A DNA stretch of 64,000 nucleotides from a virus. Location: IMG/VR virus record IMGVR_UViG_3300020810_001160, positions 36,594 to 100,593 of that record. The stretch is one strand, 5' to 3'. Positions 49,046-57,396 of the stretch are shown in pieces; position 1 is the first letter of the stretch; each line of letters starts with the position of its first letter. The notes beneath the pieces were generated by a model, which ran no database searches, had not been told where the DNA came from, and saw only the letters and a list, made by a program, of their open reading frames with translations. A program made the position numbers and the translations under genes.

Positions 49046-49596
49046 AAATAGTAATAACAGGCAGTACATCACCAATGGGTAAAGCAGTGTACGAACATTA
49101 TTCAAAAGAACATGAATGCTTAGGAGTCAGCAGAAGCACAGGGTATGATTTAACTAACGCAGAAGATCAAAACAGATTGGTATCGGAGACATTGGCACGT
49201 GATGTATTTTTGAATATAGCCCACATTGGCACTGCTCAGTCTACGTTGTTATTGAAATTAAAACAACGGTGGTCTCCAGAAGCACCGCTGAAAAAAGTTA
49301 TCACAATAGGATCACTGGCAACCAAAGTACCCAAGAAATTATTAGATCAGGTGGGTATTGATAAACAATATCTCAGAGACAAACATCACATAGATGCCGT
49401 ACACAATTCGTTAGCCAATGAAATGCCTTTTGGTTCTCAATTACAATTCAGTCTTGTAAGAGTACTCAACTACGGAGAAAAAACTGGAGAACGATCTGGT
49501 GAACCCACTTGTACAGTTAAAGATATTGTACGTACCACTGATTATTTGATTAATGAACCTATGTATATTTCTACTCTAGACGTTCGACGTTTTTAA
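49042..49596 (+). CDS. Short SDR-like NAD(P)-binding protein
   Basis: IVITGSTSPMG, SRSTGYDL, DVFLNIA, YLRDK (YxxxK). Confidence 0.7.
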   Translation: MKIVITGSTSPMGKAVYEHYSKEHECLGVSRSTGYDLTNAEDQNRLVSETLARDVFLNIAHIGTAQSTLLLKLKQRWSPEAPLKKVITIGSLATKVPKKLLDQVGIDKQYLRDKHHIDAVHNSLANEMPFGSQLQFSLVRVLNYGEKTGERSGEPTCTVKDIVRTTDYLINEPMYISTLDVRRF

Positions 49597-50219
49597 AATA
49601 CAACATCTTTAAATAGAACAAGTGCGTCCTCAAATTGTATATGAGTATTGTCTTCTATTGTTAGTAAATGATAACTTAACGTCCAACGCGGTTCACTGGT
49701 ATTAAAATTATGTGTCGAATGTAATTGTCCTACATTAAGCAAACTAGGATGATTAATCACCGCTTCATGTACCACATCACAGTCTTCCACTTCCGCATGA
49801 TAAAATTTATCTACAGGAATATCGACATCTATGTCTTTAAAATAAACCTCTTTGTGATAATCTGTGTTATCTCGCTCTGTTTGTATTAGTGATTCGTCTT
49901 TAACTTTGTACCATCTTACAATACTGTCTTGTGGTCCCCATGTAAAATTAATGTTTGATGAATTGTTCAACGTAGGAGCGTCATTGTGCATTGGTAACCC
50001 GCCACCATTAGGACCATTATAAAATGCTTCACACACATTTGAAGGTTTTAATCCAAACCCCTTTAACCAATCAACAAATCTTTCGTCCCAATGTTCTCTT
50101 GTAGCACACCATTCATGCCAATTTTCACCACGCATATTTTCTGGCTTTGATTTGAAACAGTCTGGAAACTTATGCTCAAATGGCAATTTTACATAACGGT
50201 GATATATGTTTTTATTCAT
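49593..50219 (-). CDS. 2OG-Fe(II)/cupin oxygenase-like protein
   Basis: LPMHND...NFTWG...NVGQLHSTHN...RWTLS. Confidence 0.65.
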   Translation of the reverse strand: MNKNIYHRYVKLPFEHKFPDCFKSKPENMRGENWHEWCATREHWDERFVDWLKGFGLKPSNVCEAFYNGPNGGGLPMHNDAPTLNNSSNINFTWGPQDSIVRWYKVKDESLIQTERDNTDYHKEVYFKDIDVDIPVDKFYHAEVEDCDVVHEAVINHPSLLNVGQLHSTHNFNTSEPRWTLSYHLLTIEDNTHIQFEDALVLFKDVVF

Positions 50220-50823
50220 ATGTAACTTCCTTGAATATATTTAATGCTTTTTCAAACTGTAAATGTTTATAATCTTTATCAAGTAAAAAATAACACAACG
50301 ACCAACGCCCTTGTACGGGGTCTGGATTGTATGTAGAGTGCAGTTGTCCAACATTAATCAAACTGGGTTGATTTATGACTTTTTCACATACTAATTCACA
50401 TTGATCTTCACTTTCGCAAATTAATTCTTTGTGTACACCGTTGCTATCAAAATGATCCACAATGTCTGGTTTAACTGTTTCTGTTATGTGTGAACTATCT
50501 GTGATATCCGTTTTTAAATATGATTCATCTTTAACATTCCACCATCTTGTGGTGCTGGTATCCGGACCCCAAGTAAAATTAATTTTTGTAGCATTGGTTA
50601 TTGTGCTGGTATCATTGTGTATGTGCACCTTTCCTTGATTAGGAGGAGTATAGATACCTTCTGTAACATTAGAAACAATTACTTCAAAGGATTCAATCCA
50701 ATCTATTACTGATTGATCTAGATCCGTTTTGGGAACAAATATCACTTCCGATTGAGAAGGTTCATAGGAAAAACAAGATGGCTTTTTGTGTTCCTTAGGT
50801 ATTTTTACATATCTATGATACAT
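50212..50823 (-). CDS. 2OG-Fe(II)/cupin oxygenase-like protein, paralog of 49593-50219
   Basis: HIHND...NFTWG...NVGQLHSTYN...RWSLC. Confidence 0.65.
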   Translation of the reverse strand: MYHRYVKIPKEHKKPSCFSYEPSQSEVIFVPKTDLDQSVIDWIESFEVIVSNVTEGIYTPPNQGKVHIHNDTSTITNATKINFTWGPDTSTTRWWNVKDESYLKTDITDSSHITETVKPDIVDHFDSNGVHKELICESEDQCELVCEKVINQPSLINVGQLHSTYNPDPVQGRWSLCYFLLDKDYKHLQFEKALNIFKEVTYE

Positions 50824-50824
50824 T

Positions 50825-51631
50825 TTAATAATTGGATAAATGATCTATGCCTATCTGCTTTCTGAACTTGTCTGTGAATACACAATCAATACGTAGTCCG
50901 TATTCTTGTTCATTGCTGACATCACCACCATGCCAATCTTGATCATTCCAAAATGCCGCGTTGGCATTGATGTAGGTTTTGTTTTTTGCTTCAGGATTCC
51001 AAATATAGAATCCTCTTTTTGTGCTGTGCCTAATGTGTATGAATTCATTGCGATGATCAGTATAACCTTGATCATCACCGTGTTTGCCATCAAGGTCTCT
51101 GTGTTCAAATGGTTTACCATCATGTTCGCAGTGGAAAAATATCACTCTACCTATGCTTTCAATGATGCCCGTGTTTACTAATTCTTTGATCCAAGCAACC
51201 ACACCTGGAAAATATTTTGCTTCTTCTGTGATGTTTCGTTCAGCATTTCTATGATCCCAATCTCCTTCTTCCCAAAGGAAATAATATATGTAAGGATCAT
51301 TGGCTCCTAACACAGACTTCAAATATCTTGTGAATTGATTTCTGGTTTTGTAATCTTTAATATTGTTGTACAAGTCGTCACCATTTTTTCTAATAGGATG
51401 ATCCTGAGGCAGTGCTTTGTATTCTTCCAAAGCCATATAAATTGGTTTCCAATTCAGAGTGTAACTCATGTCTTTAGGATCAAATCCTGGTGACATCCAG
51501 GTGCCTTCTTTGGCATATTCTCGTGCGAGAGCAAAACCTCTACATATTTCTGGATGTAGTTGTTTGAAACTGTCTATGTCTATGTGGTCATCTAGACTGA
51601 TGTATGGTTTACCGCCAATTCCTCTAATCAT
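50825..51631 (-). CDS. 2OG-Fe(II)/cupin oxygenase-like protein
   Basis: GRVIFF..EHRD (HxD)...DWHGG...LRID; start moved to ATG 51631 because the longer ORF overlaps the divergent gene. Confidence 0.55.
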   Translation of the reverse strand: MIRGIGGKPYISLDDHIDIDSFKQLHPEICRGFALAREYAKEGTWMSPGFDPKDMSYTLNWKPIYMALEEYKALPQDHPIRKNGDDLYNNIKDYKTRNQFTRYLKSVLGANDPYIYYFLWEEGDWDHRNAERNITEEAKYFPGVVAWIKELVNTGIIESIGRVIFFHCEHDGKPFEHRDLDGKHGDDQGYTDHRNEFIHIRHSTKRGFYIWNPEAKNKTYINANAAFWNDQDWHGGDVSNEQEYGLRIDCVFTDKFRKQIGIDHLSNY

Positions 51632-51636
51632 CAAAG

Positions 51637-51652
51637 TATTTACTTTTAAATA
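51637..51652. promoter_or_regulatory. Back-to-back TAAATA motifs (bidirectional late-like promoter)
   Basis: TATTTA at 51637-51642 (minus) and TAAATA at 51647-51652 (plus) in a 39-nt divergent gap. Confidence 0.55.
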
Positions 51653-51670
51653 CAGTACAAATAAATTATC

Positions 51671-52243
51671 ATGGCTTTTAAATTGGTACCATATTCTGAC
51701 GACTTGAATCTTGAAACATTTTATCAAACAGCCAAACAAAAAGGATTTGTCAACAACTCAACCAAAAAAATGTTGGTAGATTCTCTGTCCCGAGAAGACA
51801 GATATCAGGTTTGGATGCTGTTGTGGAATGACAGAGTGATTGGATCCACAGCGGCACATTCATTTCCTGAAATGGGTCCTGACAGTTATCGTATTGCTTG
51901 TCGTATCTGCACATTCACTGATGAACTGCCGAAAGAGTATCAAGTGGTGCGTACTAGAGACACCATAAGAAATCATCAAACTACCACGCAACAATTTTTT
52001 CAACCAGCAGGCATACGTTGGGCAGGTGAAAATAAAAATTACTATGTGACCACAAATGAAAACGCAGAAGGCACACAACGACTGGTACATTCTATTGTGG
52101 CTCCTACTCTGGAAAGTGTGGGTGTTTATACCAGAGTGAAAGATATGGATTACAGAGGTACACTTCAAACTGTGTGGCGTGTGAACGCTGATGTGTATTT
52201 TAAACAACTTGAACAAGTAAAACAATGGCCCACTTATGAGTGA
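51671..52243 (+). CDS. GNAT-like acyltransferase (tentative)
   Basis: VWMLLWNDRVIGSTAAH..YRIACR beta-strand pattern and ~190 aa size; weak. Confidence 0.4.
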   Translation: MAFKLVPYSDDLNLETFYQTAKQKGFVNNSTKKMLVDSLSREDRYQVWMLLWNDRVIGSTAAHSFPEMGPDSYRIACRICTFTDELPKEYQVVRTRDTIRNHQTTTQQFFQPAGIRWAGENKNYYVTTNENAEGTQRLVHSIVAPTLESVGVYTRVKDMDYRGTLQTVWRVNADVYFKQLEQVKQWPTYE

Positions 52244-52922
52244 TTTCAAATACTATTACAACAATGTGCCAGGCAAAGGACTGTGTAGAAACAATTTAAT
52301 TTATACCAGTCTAATCAACGAAGATGCCACAGAGTTTTGTATGTGGTTTCACAATGATTCAGAATATCATAAAGGTCACAATGAAGTGGTGGATCCTGCA
52401 CTGATGGAAATGAAGTACCATAGAGAAAAAGATTTCTTACTGTGGTTGGATATTGATCACAAACAGTTGATCCCTCGCACCACACGTTTTGATCCAGATG
52501 ATCAAAAGATATATTTTGAAATACAAGGTGTAGATTTTTGGGAACAAAGCCATGGCAAAACATATGCTGACGTATTGCCTAATTGGCAAGAGCAGATGCT
52601 GTACATAATGGAAACACACAAACAGTTGGGCATATACAAATACAGTCTACATCCTAGCAGTTATTTTGTTATTGATGGAGAATTAAGAACAATCAATTAC
52701 TTCTTTGCTTACAGAAAGGACGAAACACCCATCACAGTACAAGAACACATGAGTCATATTTCCAAAGAAAGACAAAAAGAACTGTTGCCTAAAATGAAAC
52801 AGATGGGTATAGAAATGGACAATACATATCCATTTGATCAACTACAGATACTGTGTCTGGAAAGTTTTAGAAATGTATACCCAGACAGTTTTATTGACAA
52901 GGCAATTTCACTCTATAAGTAA
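52236..52922 (+). CDS. Protein-kinase-like fold protein, paralog of 46773-47393
   Basis: Shared NNLIY..L..FCM, YHREKDFL, LIPR, PNWQ, LGIYKYSLHPSSYF. Confidence 0.5.
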   Translation: MSDFKYYYNNVPGKGLCRNNLIYTSLINEDATEFCMWFHNDSEYHKGHNEVVDPALMEMKYHREKDFLLWLDIDHKQLIPRTTRFDPDDQKIYFEIQGVDFWEQSHGKTYADVLPNWQEQMLYIMETHKQLGIYKYSLHPSSYFVIDGELRTINYFFAYRKDETPITVQEHMSHISKERQKELLPKMKQMGIEMDNTYPFDQLQILCLESFRNVYPDSFIDKAISLYK

Positions 52923-52926
52923 TAGT

Positions 52927-54069
52927 ATGCAGGATACAAAAACCACAAGCCTATGCCACATATGTTATCGTCACTGTGAAGCAGAACGAGTGACCAAAAC
53001 TGATGGAGTATATTTGATAAAGACTTGTCCAGAGCACGGAACTTCAAGTTATTTGGTAGAACAAGACATAGATTTCTATAATTCATTGATTTATGATAAA
53101 TCAGGATATTCAATACCTCAAGGCATAATGATTGAAGTTACAGATAAATGTAATTTGAATTGCCCACACTGTTATCATAAACCAGACAACAAAACACAAG
53201 ATAAACCTGTAGAACAAATACTTTACCAAATAGAACATAGATTTAATGCTGACGCAGGTGCTGTGATATTAGCAGGTGCTGAACCAACTGTGAGAAAAGA
53301 TTTACCTGAATTAATTGTACAAATTAAAAAATTACTTAAAAAATTAGGAAGACCTGAAGATGTGTGTATTCTTACAAATGGTGTAAAACTCTCCGATAGA
53401 GCATGGGTTAAAAAAATTGCTGAAGCAGGCACAAACATGGTTATGATAGGTATGAATCATCACTCTTATCAAGGTAAGAAAGTACATGAGAAACAATTAA
53501 AAGGAATTGACAATTGTATTGCAGAAGGAATATTTGTCTACTATGTTGGATATACGTTGGAACACATTGACCATATGGAAGAAGTACTGGAAGAAATACA
53601 AGCATTAGGTAATCGTGCTTGGCAATATAGAATTAGAGCAGGTTCAGATATTGGCAGAGCACCAGATGAACCTCAATTCTTTTTGAGCAGACACGTTGCT
53701 AAGATAAAAGAAATTTGTGATCGCAAAGGTTGGACTTGGGAAAAGAAACCTGCTGATGATAATTTATATCACTTCATGGTAAACATAAATGGTATCACTC
53801 ATAGAATTATACAATGGAGTGATCCTAAAACAATTGATATGGAACAATTACAATGTGGTCCTTGGTGTGATTTTGTACCCGGCAAACCTGTTACAAATTT
53901 CTTACATCAAATCATGTTGCGTGATGCTGTGGTCAATGAAGGCCAGACTTTGCATGACACTGTGCCAAACAAATACTTGTTTCAACCTGAAAATGTTGAC
54001 TACGAAGTTACAGAGTGGACATTTAAGAGTTGGGACGATTCCAAACAAAAGCAGAAAAAAACTATTTAG
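52927..54069 (+). CDS. Radical SAM enzyme with an N-terminal CxxC...CPEHG domain (MJ0619/Tes/GDGT-MAS-like architecture)
   Basis: TSLCHICYR..YLIKTCPEHG, then EVTDKCNLNCPHC, GAEPT, LTNG. Confidence 0.8.
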   Translation: MQDTKTTSLCHICYRHCEAERVTKTDGVYLIKTCPEHGTSSYLVEQDIDFYNSLIYDKSGYSIPQGIMIEVTDKCNLNCPHCYHKPDNKTQDKPVEQILYQIEHRFNADAGAVILAGAEPTVRKDLPELIVQIKKLLKKLGRPEDVCILTNGVKLSDRAWVKKIAEAGTNMVMIGMNHHSYQGKKVHEKQLKGIDNCIAEGIFVYYVGYTLEHIDHMEEVLEEIQALGNRAWQYRIRAGSDIGRAPDEPQFFLSRHVAKIKEICDRKGWTWEKKPADDNLYHFMVNINGITHRIIQWSDPKTIDMEQLQCGPWCDFVPGKPVTNFLHQIMLRDAVVNEGQTLHDTVPNKYLFQPENVDYEVTEWTFKSWDDSKQKQKKTI

Positions 54070-54652
54070 GTTTGTAATCTAATTGTGTAGCATCAACAGT
54101 TACACTCTGAAAATACATAGTTTCACACAGTAACATTTTAATGATCCATTTGGAAAGTTCTTTAGGATCTATTTTATTTCCTTGTAGGTACTCACTAATC
54201 TGTGTGTCAGTGCATCCTAATATAACATTTAATATGTGTGGTCCATACACATTGATACGGTTTTCTATAATTCTATTTTGTTCTTTTTTAGCATTGCCAT
54301 AATTTTCCATAAAATCATTTGTATCTGAATTATTGTAACAAGACTTAGAACTTAAATTTAATATTTTTTTATCTTTATCGCCTTCCCAAACATTGATCAT
54401 TAATTTTAACATTTCTGTTTGTCCATTAAATTGATCTATCTCTGTCATAGGAAGATCACCGTCGGGCCAAGCACAATTGATGAATATGTCTGCGTGTTTG
54501 GATTGTTCTAAAATACTCTGTCTTGATTCGGCAATGCTGATATCAAATCCATTACTTCGGGAGAAACCTTGTACATCATGACCCGATTGAATAAGATCGT
54601 TATATAAACACTTGCCTATGCCTTTGGAGTGTCCAGTTATTCGGACTATCAT
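54062..54652 (-). CDS. Short SDR-like oxidoreductase
   Basis: ITGHSKGIG, SRSNGFDI, DIFINCA, YGNAK. Confidence 0.75.
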   Translation of the reverse strand: MIVRITGHSKGIGKCLYNDLIQSGHDVQGFSRSNGFDISIAESRQSILEQSKHADIFINCAWPDGDLPMTEIDQFNGQTEMLKLMINVWEGDKDKKILNLSSKSCYNNSDTNDFMENYGNAKKEQNRIIENRINVYGPHILNVILGCTDTQISEYLQGNKIDPKELSKWIIKMLLCETMYFQSVTVDATQLDYKPK

Positions 54653-54656
54653 TGGA

Positions 54657-55784
54657 TTATATTAGGTTAGCCCAACCGCCGTTTTCGTAACCTTGAAATT
54701 TATTATCGTCTGAGTTGTAAATGATCATTCCATTTGCAGGAGTTAAAGCATTTCTTTCAGCAGTTGTGAGTGAGCCAAACTGTACAAAGCCTGATGTTTT
54801 AATATTACCAACAACATCTAATTTTTCTGCTGGAGTTAAAATATTAACACCTAAATTACCATCTTTGTTTATTACAACAAACTTATTTGTTACACCATTG
54901 TCTGGAGTTGTTCCCATCACAATGTTTCCTGGAACAGCACCTGCTCCTACACTTGCTTGTGAATCAACACCTGCCACAATAAAACTTGATTGAACATATT
55001 GTGAACCGTCATGTCCGTAATTAATATAACCAAATAGCGAATCGTCTGCGGCATTGGCTGTTGGAGTTACAATTGAACCTTTAGATGTGTATGTTTCAAT
55101 TGAGTTGAATGTGTTAGCATTACCATCATCTGAATAAATTCTTAGTGCATTTCTGGCTGTGTGATCTGTGTTGTAAATTTCTAAACCAACACCTTGTGCA
55201 GAACTGTTTGTTCCTATTTGAATTCCGTTGCCTGATTGCAGTGTAATTACATTGCCATCAAAGTCTAACACACTGTTTGTGATTCTGTCTGAAGCGCCGT
55301 CTATTCTTAATGAGTTATCGTCAGCATTCACTGTGCCTTTGTGTACACCAACTGTGGTTGCTGTAACTGTTTTTGCTGTGTGATCAACGATAGTTGTATC
55401 ATCAGAAGCAAGTAAGTCACCTTTAGATGTTGCTGTAACTCTACCGTTACTAACATTAACTAATACTGATGAATCATTACCTACCACATTACCATTGATT
55501 GATACTGCTGTGATTTCTTCGTCTACTTGTAAACCTTGAAAATAACCTGTTCTCCATTTTGCTGATGTAGAACCAATGTCTCTTGAATTAGATGCGTCTG
55601 GAGTTATATTGCTTGGAACGGCTAGATATTGTGCTGATAATGTTGTGTCTACTTGATTTCCACCAGCAGTTACACCATCTCCAACATATAGTTTTTTTGT
55701 GTCTGTAGTATAGATTAATTCACCCGCTAAAGGTGTAATTCCTTGTCTTTCTGCGTCTGTTCCACGTCTAATTTGTAGTGCCAT
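54657..55784 (-). CDS. Tail fibre/spike-like protein with an Mtd/hyaluronidase-type N-terminal domain
   Basis: MALQIRRGT..AGELIYTTDTKKLYVGDG; GNLGVN..PAEKLDVVG; LTTAERNAL..NGMIIYN. Confidence 0.75.
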   Translation of the reverse strand: MALQIRRGTDAERQGITPLAGELIYTTDTKKLYVGDGVTAGGNQVDTTLSAQYLAVPSNITPDASNSRDIGSTSAKWRTGYFQGLQVDEEITAVSINGNVVGNDSSVLVNVSNGRVTATSKGDLLASDDTTIVDHTAKTVTATTVGVHKGTVNADDNSLRIDGASDRITNSVLDFDGNVITLQSGNGIQIGTNSSAQGVGLEIYNTDHTARNALRIYSDDGNANTFNSIETYTSKGSIVTPTANAADDSLFGYINYGHDGSQYVQSSFIVAGVDSQASVGAGAVPGNIVMGTTPDNGVTNKFVVINKDGNLGVNILTPAEKLDVVGNIKTSGFVQFGSLTTAERNALTPANGMIIYNSDDNKFQGYENGGWANLI

Positions 55785-55816
55785 TTTGTGCTATGCTCCT
55801 AACATCTAATATAGTG

Positions 55817-55822
55817 TATTTA
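55817..55822 (-). promoter_or_regulatory. TAAATA late-promoter-like motif
   Basis: Intergenic, upstream of the AGGAG RBS of the fibre gene. Confidence 0.55.
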
Positions 55823-55847
55823 TTCCGCTTGATGAATTGCTGAGTTA

Positions 55848-56177
55848 CTATTTTCGCTTTTTAAGGAAGGATTTAGTACGTTTCTGTATATCTGCTTTGA
55901 CCTTGTTGGTATCTATCCTAAAATCCACGTTTTTGATGTCATTTCCGTAGTGTTCAAACAATTCTTTGATGTTGGTCTCCAGTTGTTTATTGGTTAATTT
56001 TTGACGGTTAGGTTTTACTTTGATTTCCCATTGTTTGCCATCCTTAAATTGCACTTTAAGTGCCAGCAAATATTGTACAGGGATAGAGTCAATGCGTAAG
56101 TCATTGAACACTTCAGGCCAATGAGCTACAACTTCCTTAGGCAGTTTCTTTTTAGTAAACTTGACCACAACAGACAC
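55848..56177 (-). CDS. Hypothetical basic protein
   Basis: 109 aa ORF in the operon. Confidence 0.6.
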   Translation of the reverse strand: MSVVVKFTKKKLPKEVVAHWPEVFNDLRIDSIPVQYLLALKVQFKDGKQWEIKVKPNRQKLTNKQLETNIKELFEHYGNDIKNVDFRIDTNKVKADIQKRTKSFLKKRK

Positions 56178-56185
56178 TTGATGCT

Positions 56186-56758
56186 TTACTTAGATTTCTT
56201 TGTTTTAGTTGGCGACAATTCTTCCGCTTCTGTGCGTAATCTAGCCGCTTCTTTGTACAAACGATCAGCATCACTTCTCATACGAGCCGCCAAGTCCTCA
56301 TCTGATAGAGGTTTCTCTGCAGATGGTATGTTAGCCACTTGTGATGTTGCCACAGGTGTTGCTTGAGCTGTTGGCTGAACTGCTAATTGATCCACAGTTA
56401 CACCTTTTTGTTTTGCAATCATTTCATTAAGTTCATCCAATGAAATCACTGTGTCAGTGTTTGGAATCATTTCAACTTCAGAAGTTGCAACTTTTCTAAA
56501 AGATCCACTCTGGTGAAATTTAACCAACATATTCTGACCGTCTGGTGTATTGCTTCTTTGAAGTGCTTCGTGCAGTTCAAAAGACGTTTGTCCACGATTG
56601 CTTTCGATCACACTGATTAAAGCGTCATGATCTGGAGCATCTAACTTTGTTGTTTCGATTACTAGTGCAGATGATGAATCTCCAGGAAGTGTTCTGTAAG
56701 CCACAGCCACTTTCGCTCTAGATTTTTTCATTCTGCCTACGTGTTTGATATCAGGCAT
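56186..56758 (-). CDS. Hypothetical protein
   Basis: 190 aa ORF, TAATG-coupled to the upstream gene. Confidence 0.7.
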   Translation of the reverse strand: MPDIKHVGRMKKSRAKVAVAYRTLPGDSSSALVIETTKLDAPDHDALISVIESNRGQTSFELHEALQRSNTPDGQNMLVKFHQSGSFRKVATSEVEMIPNTDTVISLDELNEMIAKQKGVTVDQLAVQPTAQATPVATSQVANIPSAEKPLSDEDLAARMRSDADRLYKEAARLRTEAEELSPTKTKKSK

Positions 56759-57075
56759 TATTTTGTCTCCGCTGGTTTATCACCTGCTGGTGCTGATGAT
56801 TTGTTTGCTTCTTTTTGAGATTGTTCTACAATCTTTAAGAAAGTTTCTAGTTTGTTATAAGTTGCACCTACCATTGCCATTTCATTGGCTTTGAATGCGC
56901 CTCTTTGACTAGCAACGTCGATGATTGTTTTTAAAACGTTTAAGTCTTGAACAGTTAACTCTGCTCCAGCACCTGCTTGAGTTTTAGGTGCCTGACTTGC
57001 TCCGTCTTGTCCAACAACTTGATCCTGTGTAGGAGTCGTTGCTGTTTTGGTTTGATTTGTATCTGTCATTTTCAT
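56758..57075 (-). CDS. Hypothetical protein
   Basis: 105 aa with AAGGAG RBS; ELTVQDL..IIDVASQRGAFKANE core. Confidence 0.7.
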   Translation of the reverse strand: MKMTDTNQTKTATTPTQDQVVGQDGASQAPKTQAGAGAELTVQDLNVLKTIIDVASQRGAFKANEMAMVGATYNKLETFLKIVEQSQKEANKSSAPAGDKPAETK

Positions 57076-57105
57076 GAGCTCCTTTTATATTTGTATATAC
57101 AAAAG

Positions 57106-57111
57106 TATTTA
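57106..57111 (-). promoter_or_regulatory. TAAATA late-promoter-like motif
   Basis: Overlaps the stop of 57109-57396, upstream of the next gene. Confidence 0.45.
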
Positions 57112-57396
57112 ATGACGTTTGATAAATGGGCAACTAAGATTGAATAAAGAAAGTTCTTTTGAGTTTTCGAATCCTACCAAAATATAATTTTGTATTTTTC
57201 CATCTCTATCCACATCAAGATGTTTACCAATATAGAATCTTCCTTTTAGGTTTTCCAAAATCCATTTCTCCAACAATTCTTCATTGTCGTTCCAGTCGTA
57301 ATTTAATTTTAGAAATTCTAAACCTTTTGGTTTTTTGGAAAATTTTCTACAATCGAAGTAGTTTAATGGATTTACTTGATTAGTTTTGGCAAACAT
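57109..57396 (-). CDS. Hypothetical protein
   Basis: 95 aa ORF, TAATG-coupled to the vWA gene. Confidence 0.6.
   Translation of the reverse strand: MFAKTNQVNPLNYFDCRKFSKKPKGLEFLKLNYDWNDNEELLEKWILENLKGRFYIGKHLDVDRDGKIQNYILVGFENSKELSLFNLSCPFIKRH

Noticed and set aside
31250-54652. Classical RiPP cluster with a short precursor peptide
   Set aside because: The island has essentially no intergenic space for a precursor, and no RRE/PqqD, peptidase or exporter is recognisable; a distant precursor cannot be excluded
54657-55784. Diversity-generating retroelement suggested by the Mtd-like N-terminus
   Set aside because: No reverse transcriptase, template/variable repeat pair or C-type lectin tip seen in the window
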